Shown here: positions 18,801 through 26,389 of the stretch, in pieces
How the letters are laid out: the number at the start of each line of letters is the position of its first letter
Numbering within the stretch: the stretch's first letter is position 1
IMG/VR virus record: IMGVR_UViG_3300040985_000670
Coordinates: 1-32,641 of that record
Source of the DNA: a virus
Lineage: Duplodnaviria; Caudoviricetes
Reading direction: 5' to 3' (one strand)
DNA: 32,641 bases
Translations under genes and position numbers: made by a program
The notes under the pieces: model-generated
Told to the model about the DNA's origin: nothing
The model's input: only the letters and a program-made list of their open reading frames with translations
The model's database searches: none

Positions 18801-18989
18801 CTTAACAAAGAAGAATACATATTGGCAAATACTGATGCCGATAGGTTCGACCAACTGCATAAAATTCTTAGCAATCGCAGGGGCAATGCAAGGAAGTGGA
18901 TGGCTGGTTCACCGGGCGATGACTTTGGTTCTGGTGGTGACATCCTGCTTGATGCCCTGCGAGTTAAAGACGAAATTAGGACACAATGA
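15810..18989 (+). CDS. Large internal virion (ejection) protein, gp16-like position
   Basis: 1059 aa; YINALLSG-x-x-THAVN, RFLATEDEYFK, PFYNTP-x-N, SFSRFDP motifs typical of these core proteins. Confidence 0.8.
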   Translation: MSVADSPILPQPEAQPQMVDAGVAGDMTPATEVEPQGVEVAGPLRDAIGAAVGAVVKPIDEFVGRAEERTYGPQSDVPMEAGPGGSIIIKPLPNQDLETFNRTLSEGGFTSGINLGRIGEIFDQLDANTQARIAGDGGFDLETVLDNIKQNNVALFQHLRRDKKTMDELVTLANATGFENIMFKFLNRKPGELAPAEDVLAGMVGVVKLSQELQAGARSIVNAAGDDALEANEFKKWKLLLSLTTNLAAQVSGNVSEGGRMLAVVSNASRLDLNVGEYAEQLDRMIGEMDDGLIQYHAQAFLSMENPAARAKYAEKGVLAKSYDFAMENYINALLSGFQTHAVNIAGNVGFQIQTLAERGVAGVIGNIRTVGGMRGEIGDQAYMGEATAEAFGLMMAQRDALTLMAKTFVTGESSDVINKIDLRTQRALGSTDNMIDIKNSLFAGDFSKSAWDTLGIATRLSGRFLATEDEYFKVITRRRVLYREAHRAGQMAYSNAIKAGLPRGVGYLSGTFALSEGAVQANTAVYAARQAYTKTMMTPPIAVQNMMTAEARKMTFQGQPEGFFGTMGPMINNIPGMKVIAPFYNTPTNIINEAFNRTLNWSPIYKALKQKVTGEDLISGKEFDLAAAKLALGNMIALTMYGLASGEDQPDRNIIITGYLDGIEGVMGLDGLEYKVTGSIGNSLESRASIAAAAGVPPYSIGVWNDELQTYEWTSFSRFDPLSALLAMGADMAEYSRYGDEAGMVELTMAYSLAVAEYAENMPFLQGVSELSNAVFNRGGSQEKTLARILHWVGKDYVGNLATNVAGNLDRSTFGLLSYASNTLSGGEYPLVSQTSYLAQMERFRHPTRSSTKLPAGDMPGTDTRYTEAPEFWRGFYEALQKAKARNPFFSPELKPALSFWGDEMVAGKGTRAETFNPMRTSQGELSRLDEELIRLVEIGEGRFGFHRDRIGESKLNADQFDMFVKTINTIDGSGNMPGDDGYDAAETLKLAMRMQLNKEEYILANTDADRFDQLHKILSNRRGNARKWMAGSPGDDFGSGGDILLDALRVKDEIRTQ

Positions 18990-19014
18990 CAAATCACCCA
19001 AAACAGTGTACAAT
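18986..19014 (+). promoter_or_regulatory. Putative sigma70 promoter for tail fibre/lysis genes
   Basis: ATGACA-17 nt-TACAAT, followed by AGGAAGG RBS and ATG 19036. Confidence 0.5.
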
Positions 19015-19035
19015 CATTAATAGGAAGGATTGGTA

Positions 19036-22000
19036 ATGGCCACTTTTGCAATCAGCGCTGTCACGCGCAAAGCCCAGGCCACGGCCAATGGCTCAACCAC
19101 TGAGTTCTCGTTTAGCTTCTCGGTGAACACTGAGGCAGATGTTGCGGTGTTTGTCGGCACTACGCTCAAGACAATCTCAACGCACTACACGGTCAGCATC
19201 ACATCCTCGACCGGCGCGGGGTCTATTACCTTTACGTCAGGCAACACGCCAACGAATGGCCAGATAGTCACCATCATGTCCAAGACGGCACTGGCCAGGT
19301 CAAGCGTCTACACCAGCGGCGGCACGATAAATGCCACTAGCCTTGAGACAGACTTCGACACAAACATGATGCTGTTCCAGCAACAAGATGAGCGCCTAGA
19401 CCGTACATTGATTGCCCCGGTGGATGACGCAACCAGCATTGATATGACCCTGCCAAACAAGGACGCCCGCAAAGGCAAATCACTAGGCTTCGACAGCACT
19501 TCCGGCAATCCAACAGCTATTGAACAGCTTACCGGGGCGGCAGTTAATGTGTCCACCGTATCGGCTGGTGGTTCAGCAACCGCATCTGTGTCTGTTTCTG
19601 GCGGCACTGCTACCTTTGCTCTAGGCATTCCGACCGGCGCATCAGGCGCAACAGGTGCGGCAGGAGCAGCGGGGGCCGACAGCACAGTGGCTGGGCCTCA
19701 AGGCGCAGCGGGAGCTGACGGAGACAACACAGTTACAATTAAAGACGAAGGTTCTGCACTAAGCACTGCGGCCAGCACTTTGAATTTTGTTGGCGCTGGT
19801 GTCACAGCATCGGGAACCGGCGCTGAGAAAACCATTACAATTACCGACAATAATACCACCTACAGTGTAGGCGATGGTGGGCTAACACAAAACAATTTTA
19901 CTAACACCCTCAAAAGTAAACTTGACTTCATTGAAGCCAGTGCGACAGCCGACCAAACTGCATCAGAAATTAGAACACTCGTTGAAAGTGCATCTGATTC
20001 AAATGTTTTTACTGATGCTGACCACAGCAAGTTAAACGCTATAGCAGCCTCTGCAAATAACTACAGCCACCCAAACCACTCAGGAGAAGTTTCGTCCACA
20101 GGGGATGGCGCAACCGTAATTGCAGATAACGTCGTTGATGAGGCTAATTTAAAAGTGAGCAACACTCCAACTAACGGATATGCACTTACTGCTCAAAGCG
20201 GTAATACAGGTGGTTTAACCTGGGCAGCTATGACCGGCGGGGGAAGCGGTGAAGCTAACCAAAATGCGTTTAGTAGTGTTGCCGTCTCAGGCCAATCAAC
20301 TGTGGCCGCTGATGCTGCAACAGATACGCTTAATCTTGCGGCGGGTTCAAACGTCACAATTACCACCAACGCTGGAAGTGACACGGTTACTATTGCTGCA
20401 ACCGACACAAACACAACTTACTCTGTTGGCGATGGTGGTCTTACCACTAATGATTTTACTGACGCTGACCATTCAAAACTTAATAATATTGCGGTATCTG
20501 CTAACAACTATGTACACCCCAACCATAGTGGTGAGGTGACTTCTACAGCGGATGGCGCAACTGTTGTCGCGTCAAATGTCATTGATGCTGACAATCTTAA
20601 AGTGACAGGAAACGGAAGTACGTCCCAGTTTTTGCGCTCCGATGGCGATGGAACGTTCACTTGGGCTACCCCTACAGATACAGATACAGTCTACACCCTG
20701 CCCTTGGCTACCGATACAGTCCGAGGCGGGATAGAGTTATTTAGCAACACTGACCAATCTGTAGCCGCAAATACTGTTTCCACTACTGCTGGAAGAACCT
20801 ACGGCGTCCAACTAAACAGCGCAAACCAAGCCGTTGTAAACGTGCCGTGGTCTGATACAGACACCAATACCACTTATAGCGTTGGTGACGGCGGTTTAAC
20901 GACAAACGACTTTACTAATGCCGACCATAGTAAACTTAATGCTATTGCTGCCTCTGCAAACAACTATGTGCATCCCAATCACAGTGGTGAAGTTACTAGT
21001 AGTGCTGACGGAGCAACTGTTGTAGCCTCTGACGTTATTGATGCAGATAACCTTAAAGTTACTGGTAATGGCACTACCTCTCAATATTTACGCTCAGATG
21101 GCGATGGTACGTTTACTTGGGCTACACCAACGGACACAGACACGAATACAACATATTCTGTTGGTGACGGCGGTCTAACAACCAACGATTTCACCAATGC
21201 AGACCATAGTAAACTTAATGGAATTGCTGCCTCTGCAAACAACTATGTGCATCCCAATCACAGTGGTGAAGTTACTAGTACTGCTGACGGAGCAACTGTA
21301 ATCGCTGACAATGTAGTTGATGAAGCTAATCTTAAAGTAAGCAACAGTCCTACCAATGGATATATGCTTACCGCTCAATCTGGAAATACAGGTGGATTAA
21401 CGTGGGCGGCTGCGTCTTCTGGTGGCGGCGGTGCAGACCTTTACACAGCCAACGAAAGTTCCCCATCAGCGCAGCCTTCAGCTACAGGAACAAATTCTAT
21501 AGCCATAGGTGATGGTGCAATATCATCAGGGAATAGTTCCTTTGCAGGGCCAAAGAGTAGGGCTGTGGGTACAAACAGTTTTGCAATAGGCATCGGAACC
21601 AATTCTGCTAGTTACGGAGTTATAAGTGGTACTATTGCGATGGGCAACAGCTCTAAAACTAATGGTGTTAGTGCTATAGCTCTTGGCGGTTATCTGTGTG
21701 CAGCTACCAATCACTATGCTATTGCTATGGGCAAGACTGCCGTTGCTTCGGGTGAAAGAAGTCTAGCTATTCATAATTCAGACGCCGTGGCTGACGATGC
21801 TGTGGCAATTGGTGAAGGAGCTAGAGCCGGTTCCGCACACAGTTTTAGTTTAGGCGAGAACACTAATGCTGGGAACAATAATGCATTTGCTTTTGGTTTA
21901 GAGTCAGTAACAAGAGTTAAAGGAGCAAAAGTATATGCTTCTGGTAAATTTGCAACCCAAGGTGATGCACAAAGTAGCCATTATGTTCTTCGTTGTGACA

Positions 22001-22377
22001 CAACAGATGCTACTGCAACAGTTATGACAACTAATAATTCAACAGCATCAACTAGCAATCAAGTTTGGGCAGGTAATCAAAATAGTTATAGTAGTACCTC
22101 GGATACATGTGTAACTTTCCACGGCACTATTGTTGCAATGCAAAACGGCGCTCAATCTTACGGTAGCTGGGAAATCAAAGGACTGCTTGTTAATGACGGC
22201 GGCACGGCAACTCTCCCTAATAGCGCAATCACAGTAATTTCAAACACGTCAAACTGGGGTCTGGCCCTTTCGGCAGATAACACAAAAAAATCTCTAAAAG
22301 TGGAAGTAACAGGCGAGGCTAGCCACAATATTCGCTGGGTAGCTAGTATAACAACGGCAGAAGTCACGTTTGCGTAA
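19036..22377 (+). CDS. Tail fibre: T7 gp17-like N-terminal adaptor, short collagen-like stretch, repeated shaft modules, YadA-head-like repeats
   Basis: ANGSTTEFSFSF...GSITF N-terminus; G-X-Y run; four HPNHSGEV modules; AIG/ALG/AMG repeats near the C-terminus. Confidence 0.9.
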   Translation: MATFAISAVTRKAQATANGSTTEFSFSFSVNTEADVAVFVGTTLKTISTHYTVSITSSTGAGSITFTSGNTPTNGQIVTIMSKTALARSSVYTSGGTINATSLETDFDTNMMLFQQQDERLDRTLIAPVDDATSIDMTLPNKDARKGKSLGFDSTSGNPTAIEQLTGAAVNVSTVSAGGSATASVSVSGGTATFALGIPTGASGATGAAGAAGADSTVAGPQGAAGADGDNTVTIKDEGSALSTAASTLNFVGAGVTASGTGAEKTITITDNNTTYSVGDGGLTQNNFTNTLKSKLDFIEASATADQTASEIRTLVESASDSNVFTDADHSKLNAIAASANNYSHPNHSGEVSSTGDGATVIADNVVDEANLKVSNTPTNGYALTAQSGNTGGLTWAAMTGGGSGEANQNAFSSVAVSGQSTVAADAATDTLNLAAGSNVTITTNAGSDTVTIAATDTNTTYSVGDGGLTTNDFTDADHSKLNNIAVSANNYVHPNHSGEVTSTADGATVVASNVIDADNLKVTGNGSTSQFLRSDGDGTFTWATPTDTDTVYTLPLATDTVRGGIELFSNTDQSVAANTVSTTAGRTYGVQLNSANQAVVNVPWSDTDTNTTYSVGDGGLTTNDFTNADHSKLNAIAASANNYVHPNHSGEVTSSADGATVVASDVIDADNLKVTGNGTTSQYLRSDGDGTFTWATPTDTDTNTTYSVGDGGLTTNDFTNADHSKLNGIAASANNYVHPNHSGEVTSTADGATVIADNVVDEANLKVSNSPTNGYMLTAQSGNTGGLTWAAASSGGGGADLYTANESSPSAQPSATGTNSIAIGDGAISSGNSSFAGPKSRAVGTNSFAIGIGTNSASYGVISGTIAMGNSSKTNGVSAIALGGYLCAATNHYAIAMGKTAVASGERSLAIHNSDAVADDAVAIGEGARAGSAHSFSLGENTNAGNNNAFAFGLESVTRVKGAKVYASGKFATQGDAQSSHYVLRCDTTDATATVMTTNNSTASTSNQVWAGNQNSYSSTSDTCVTFHGTIVAMQNGAQSYGSWEIKGLLVNDGGTATLPNSAITVISNTSNWGLALSADNTKKSLKVEVTGEASHNIRWVASITTAEVTFA
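19855..21420 (+). repeat. Internal tail-fibre repeats
   Basis: TTYSVGDGGLT x4 and DHSKLN...HPNHSGEV...DGATV...NLKV x4; 20923-21020 vs 21202-21299 differ at only 3 of 98 nt. Confidence 0.92.
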
Positions 22378-22388
22378 GGAGCAAAAAA

Positions 22389-22685
22389 ATGGCAATTACT
22401 AACAATATTTCACAGGCAGACAGTCAGTACGGAATTGCTTTTAACGGAGCATATTATCGTATTGTAACGGCTTCGGTTTCGCGGCAGCGCGACACTCCAA
22501 AGTTTATGGTGATTATGGATTTGTCAGCTTACGCCACAAACAGCCCAAGTGCTGACACTCGCGAAGTGGATTTTAAACGCTTTGAAACAGACTTAGACAC
22601 AATTGAAAGTGCATCTGGCTCAAAGTTTTTAGACAAATGTTACGCTTGGGTAATGACGCAAATGGCTGGCAGTTCGGCAGTCTAG
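22389..22685 (+). CDS. Tail-fibre-associated small protein (chaperone/tip candidate)
   Basis: AAGGAG RBS; directly follows the fibre gene. Confidence 0.6.
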   Translation: MAITNNISQADSQYGIAFNGAYYRIVTASVSRQRDTPKFMVIMDLSAYATNSPSADTREVDFKRFETDLDTIESASGSKFLDKCYAWVMTQMAGSSAV

Positions 22686-22693
22686 GAAAAAAA

Positions 22694-22882
22694 ATGGACA
22701 AACGCACTGTACAATCTGCGCACAAGCGCATCGACGGAATAGACAACAGGCTCGTTGCACTTGAGGTGCGGCTTGAGGAGCGGTGGATGGAGCAACTGCA
22801 CCGAATGCGTAGGCTAGAACATATCATTCTAGGGTCAGCCGCCGCAACTATCGCCCTGCTCATCAGCCTGATAATGGAGTAA
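22694..22882 (+). CDS. Small coiled-coil plus C-terminal TM protein (XhlA-like/holin-associated), 62 aa
   Basis: RLVALEVRLEERW...RLE followed by a hydrophobic helix. Confidence 0.7.
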   Translation: MDKRTVQSAHKRIDGIDNRLVALEVRLEERWMEQLHRMRRLEHIILGSAAATIALLISLIME

Positions 22883-22886
22883 CGAG

Positions 22887-23009
22887 ATGGTAACTATCGT
22901 GGACCTTAACCCTCACTTGCGTACAATTAACAAACGTACCGATGATGTTGAACAGCCAAAGCCTGAGAAGCGGAAACGCGGTCGGCCCAAGAAGACAGAC
23001 AAGAAGTAA
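22887..23009 (+). CDS. AT-hook micro-protein (40 aa)
   Basis: Hand-translated MVTIVDLNPHLRTINKRTDDVEQPKPEKRKRGRPKKTDKK; GGAG RBS; fills the gap between genes. Confidence 0.7.
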   Translation: MVTIVDLNPHLRTINKRTDDVEQPKPEKRKRGRPKKTDKK

Positions 23010-23014
23010 ATGAT

Positions 23015-23518
23015 ATGGTCGCTGAGATACTAGCCGGGATAGCACTTGTTAAAGCAAGTGCGGCGGCAATCAAGGAAGGCGTTTCAGCGGCCAAGTCAAT
23101 GGGCGAACTGGCGGGCGACATTGATGCCCTGTTTGAAGGCAACAAGCAGTGTCAAAAGGCGCGGGCAAAAAAGTCCGGCATGTCTCTCAAGGACCAGCTT
23201 GGTGCAGGGTCAGCGGCCCAGGAAGTGATTGATGCCCGGCTGGCCAAAGAGGCATTGTGGGACGCCCGCATGGCTATCAGCATGAGATTTGGACCGGCAG
23301 CCTGGGACGATATTGTTGTTTTACAGGCCGAAAGAGACAAGGAAGCAAAGCGTTTGGCGGCGGTCGAGAAACAGCAACGGCTAGAAAAGCGTGAGGCAAT
23401 ACAAGGCGTGTTCATTGTCATTGCTTCATTGCTCATAGGTATCACCATCATTGGGATTGTTCTTGCGGTCATTTGGGCAAGCCAGCAAGCGCTACCGCCA
23501 GCGGAGGGGGTGCGATGA
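23015..23518 (+). CDS. Coiled-coil protein with C-terminal TM helix
   Basis: 167 aa; VFIVIASLLIGITIIGIVLAVIW. Confidence 0.75.
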   Translation: MVAEILAGIALVKASAAAIKEGVSAAKSMGELAGDIDALFEGNKQCQKARAKKSGMSLKDQLGAGSAAQEVIDARLAKEALWDARMAISMRFGPAAWDDIVVLQAERDKEAKRLAAVEKQQRLEKREAIQGVFIVIASLLIGITIIGIVLAVIWASQQALPPAEGVR

Positions 23519-23778
23519 TACTGGCATTGGTTCTTGCTGTGACCTTGGCCGGGGTGGCGAACCCTACACATGTGCCGTGCAGTTTATGGAAAAGATACAC
23601 CGACCATTCTGGCCAGCGCATATGTGTTTATCGCTTCACGGCGGGGTTCGGTGGGTTGGGTTACCATTATCCGACCTTGTCGTTCAGCGAGTGCCCCAAG
23701 GTGTTCTCATGCGTCTACGAAAAAAAGGACAAGCGCCCCACCCTGTCCGAGATTTTAGATTCACTGAAGAGGAACTGA
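23515..23778 (+). CDS. Secreted/periplasmic 4-Cys small protein (87 aa)
   Basis: GGAGG RBS, ATGA overlap, signal-like MILALVLAVTLAG, four Cys. Confidence 0.7.
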   Translation: MILALVLAVTLAGVANPTHVPCSLWKRYTDHSGQRICVYRFTAGFGGLGYHYPTLSFSECPKVFSCVYEKKDKRPTLSEILDSLKRN

Positions 23779-23782
23779 CCCG

Positions 23783-24001
23783 ATGACACTAGAAGAAAAG
23801 CACCACCTTAACTATGAAATATACCAGCGCAACCGGCGGCACATGTGCTGGGGTGCAATGGTAATGATGCTGATATGCACCGCTGCAACGGTCTATGACC
23901 CGGCGCGTATGGAAGCCGCCGAAAGCATCCTGATGGCGCAGTACCTGGCGCTGTCCGCACTGGTCGGAGCCTACTTTGCTGTCGGGCACAAAGAAGCATG
24001 A
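23783..24001 (+). CDS. Two-TM membrane protein (holin/antiholin candidate)
   Basis: NRRHMCW then two hydrophobic helices ending LVGAYF. Confidence 0.65.
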   Translation: MTLEEKHHLNYEIYQRNRRHMCWGAMVMMLICTAATVYDPARMEAAESILMAQYLALSALVGAYFAVGHKEA

Positions 24002-24405
24002 GCATTGTAAGCGCACTCATAGCCCCGCTTACCGGCGTTCTAGACAAGGTTGTTCCTGACGCCACCGAGCGGGCACGGCTGGCCCATGAGATAGCCACCA
24101 TGTCAGACCAACACGCGCAACAAGCACTGTTGGCCCAGCTAGAAATTAACAAGGCCGAGGCAGCGTCAGGCAGCACGTTCAAAGGCGGATGGCGTCCGGC
24201 AGTAGGCTGGGTCTGCGCGGCGTCCTTTGCGTACAATTTCCTAGTGTACCCTATAGCGGGTGCATTGTACGGCATCTATGGGTTCTACGAGTGGGCCGAG
24301 GTTGCCCCGGTCCTAGACATGGGGCCGATGATGACCGTTCTAGGCGGCATGCTTGGGATTGGTGGGTTGCGTACCTACGAGAAGCAGAAGGGCCTGACCA
24401 AGTGA
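23998..24405 (+). CDS. Holin (3TM GTA-holin family)
   Basis: INKAEA...GGWRPAVGWVC...GMLGIGGLRTYEK signature. Confidence 0.9.
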   Translation: MSIVSALIAPLTGVLDKVVPDATERARLAHEIATMSDQHAQQALLAQLEINKAEAASGSTFKGGWRPAVGWVCAASFAYNFLVYPIAGALYGIYGFYEWAEVAPVLDMGPMMTVLGGMLGIGGLRTYEKQKGLTK

Positions 24406-24527
24406 CCACAGACAAGGTCATACCAATGCCCAAGCGGTCGGACCTAGATGAGCAGTTCATAATTTTGGAAGCCCAACGGCGTCAGGTTGAGCGCCAAAAA
24501 AAGCTAATTGAGGAGCTATACAAATGA
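24402..24527 (+). CDS. Small coiled-coil protein (41 aa, GTG start)
   Basis: GTGA and ATGA overlaps couple it to the holin and the lysin. Confidence 0.55.
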   Translation: MTTDKVIPMPKRSDLDEQFIILEAQRRQVERQKKLIEELYK

Positions 24528-25039
24528 AAGAAAGCTGGGAACAAATATTCGAAAGCGTCATCAAATCAGAGGGTGGTTATGTAGACCACCCGTCCGACCC
24601 CGGTGGGCAGACAAATTTAGGTGTGACGCAAGCGGTGTATTCACGTTGGCTAGGCCGCGAAGCAACTGAACAGGAAATGCGAAACCTGACAAAAGAAGAC
24701 GTCAGCCCAATTTACAAGCAGTGGTATTTTGACGCCATCAACGGTGACGATTTACCTGCGGGTATAGATTACTCGGTTTGCGATATAGCGATTAACAGTG
24801 GGCCAAGCCGAGCGGTCAAGATGCTTCAGAAATGCGTTGGCGCAAAACCAGATGGTGCGATTGGACCAATGACGTTGCAAGCGGTTAGCAACAGCGACAG
24901 TTCTGAAGTGGTTAAGCGTTTGGCAGATGTGAGGCAATCGTTTTACGAAAGGCTTAAGACGTTCAAGACGTTTGGTAAAGGTTGGACCCGCCGCAATAAT
25001 GAGGTGCGCGAACACTCGCTGCAAATGATAAATGAGTAG
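24524..25039 (+). CDS. Endolysin, glycoside hydrolase family 108 with peptidoglycan-binding domain
   Basis: EGGYVDHPSDPGGQTNLGVT catalytic motif; DGAIGPMTL; FGKGWTRR. Confidence 0.95.
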   Translation: MKESWEQIFESVIKSEGGYVDHPSDPGGQTNLGVTQAVYSRWLGREATEQEMRNLTKEDVSPIYKQWYFDAINGDDLPAGIDYSVCDIAINSGPSRAVKMLQKCVGAKPDGAIGPMTLQAVSNSDSSEVVKRLADVRQSFYERLKTFKTFGKGWTRRNNEVREHSLQMINE

Positions 25040-25130
25040 GCCAGAACGTACCGGGGATGGTCCGCGAAGAGCCGCCGGATCCGGTGAGAAGATGCGAAAG
25101 CCTGGCGCCAAGACAGCAAAGAAAAGATAA
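25032..25130 (+). CDS. Basic micro-ORF (32 aa), possibly a deletion-fused remnant
   Basis: MSRPERTGDGPRRAAGSGEKMRKPGAKTAKKR; overlaps the lysin stop. Confidence 0.45.
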   Translation: MSRPERTGDGPRRAAGSGEKMRKPGAKTAKKR

Positions 25131-25225
25131 TGCATCTCTTCGTCCTGTTTGTTTTCATCGGGCTGGGCGAAGGGCGTGAGCTTGTGTCAAATACTGTGGC
25201 ATACTGTGTGCCGAAAAAATTTTAG
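25130..25225 (+). CDS. Hydrophobic micro-ORF (31 aa), possibly an internally deleted remnant
   Basis: MHLFVLFVFIGLGEGRELVSNTVAYCVPKKF; TAATG-coupled. Confidence 0.45.
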   Translation: MHLFVLFVFIGLGEGRELVSNTVAYCVPKKF

Positions 25226-25464
25226 AGAAACTTGATGGCCCGCGATTTACCGGGCAGTCGTTCTATCCAGCCCCGCTCCTCAAGGCATCCTATTGTTCTG
25301 GCAATCTGACCGGGGTGCCGCATGACGGTGGCCTTCTCACCGGCAATATAACCAGCACCCATTTCGCGCCAGGTGGGTGCCACGCCATGCACTTTGACGA
25401 ACAGTTTCAGGAAGTCGTAGAACTCCCGCTGTTCAACGGTCAACGTAACTTTACCATCAGTCAT
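25222..25464 (-). CDS. Stand-alone LexA-type winged-helix DNA-binding domain
   Basis: LT-x-x-Q-x-x-x-YDFL...G-x-APT-x-REM...LEERGWIER-x-PGKSRAI; no peptidase domain. Confidence 0.85.
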   Translation of the reverse strand: MTDGKVTLTVEQREFYDFLKLFVKVHGVAPTWREMGAGYIAGEKATVMRHPGQIARTIGCLEERGWIERLPGKSRAIKFL

Positions 25465-26389
25465 CAGCGGCCTCTTTTTCTTCAGCGCCTAGACCGGCAT
25501 TGTACTGCAACCGCTTGTCATGCAGTTCTTTTGCCAAGTCTTCATCAAGCATAGCGAACGTGTCAGCATTGGCCTCTTCAAGCGCCTTCATTTTTGTCCG
25601 GCGTTCAGCTTCCGGCAGTGACCGTGCCCGGCGAACCTTCAACAGCAAATCATTGTACGCATCGGCGAAGTCCATTTGCACAGAGAACGATTGCTGAGGC
25701 TTGCCGGGGATACGAAGGGCGAACCCCTCGACCGGCTCTGGTGGACCTTGTGGAACTTCCACAGCCTCTTGTGGCGGCTCAATTGCAGCCATTGCACGTT
25801 CAGCTATGGTCGGCCCTGACGGCGCTGGTTGGGGCTGTACGGGCACTGTCTTCATAGGCGGCATGTCTTGGGCTTCTTCTGCCGTGATGATGCCAGCGAC
25901 AGCATCAGCAAAAGCATCACGCAAAGCAAAGCCTCTGGCACGTAATTGCATCATGCGCTCTGGGTATTGCTTCCATGTTTGCCGTGTCAGAAGTCCTGCC
26001 CGCTGGGCTTTCGCGTAGGAGTAAATTTGTATTGTTTCGTTTATGTCTCCATTCTTGTTTTCACGTTTAACGACACAAGTGGCCTTGTAATCTTGGCCCT
26101 CACCTTCGCTTGTCTCTTCAATGCCAAGATATTGAGGGTGGTTCTGGCATATTGCCAACAGACCATCCCCCCATATTGCTGGCCTACCATTCACAAGGCT
26201 TATATATTTTAACGCACTTAGCGGCGATATGCCCACCTCTAACCCCCAATTTATTGCGACGAGGACGTTTGCGGGCTTGCCTTGGTAGTCTGCCGGTATC
26301 ATTCCAGACTTTGAATAAAACTCAGCAAACTTAATTGCTTCATCTAGATTTTGTGGCAACAGGGCGCGGGATACTAATGCATTACTCAT
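25457..26389 (-). CDS. recT: RecT-family single-strand annealing protein
   Basis: GKPANVLVA...GLEVG...VNGRPAIWGD...WKQYPERMMQLRARGFALRDAFAD; next to the exonuclease. Confidence 0.88.
   Translation of the reverse strand: MSNALVSRALLPQNLDEAIKFAEFYSKSGMIPADYQGKPANVLVAINWGLEVGISPLSALKYISLVNGRPAIWGDGLLAICQNHPQYLGIEETSEGEGQDYKATCVVKRENKNGDINETIQIYSYAKAQRAGLLTRQTWKQYPERMMQLRARGFALRDAFADAVAGIITAEEAQDMPPMKTVPVQPQPAPSGPTIAERAMAAIEPPQEAVEVPQGPPEPVEGFALRIPGKPQQSFSVQMDFADAYNDLLLKVRRARSLPEAERRTKMKALEEANADTFAMLDEDLAKELHDKRLQYNAGLGAEEKEAADD

Noticed and set aside
19855-21300. CRISPR-like regularly spaced repeats
   Set aside because: Degenerate protein-coding repeats with irregular long spacing; no cas genes
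19036-22685. Diversity-generating retroelement, expected from the BPP-1-like architecture and near-identical repeats in the fibre
   Set aside because: No reverse transcriptase or Avd; the repeats are all in-frame coding modules and their mismatches are not adenine-specific
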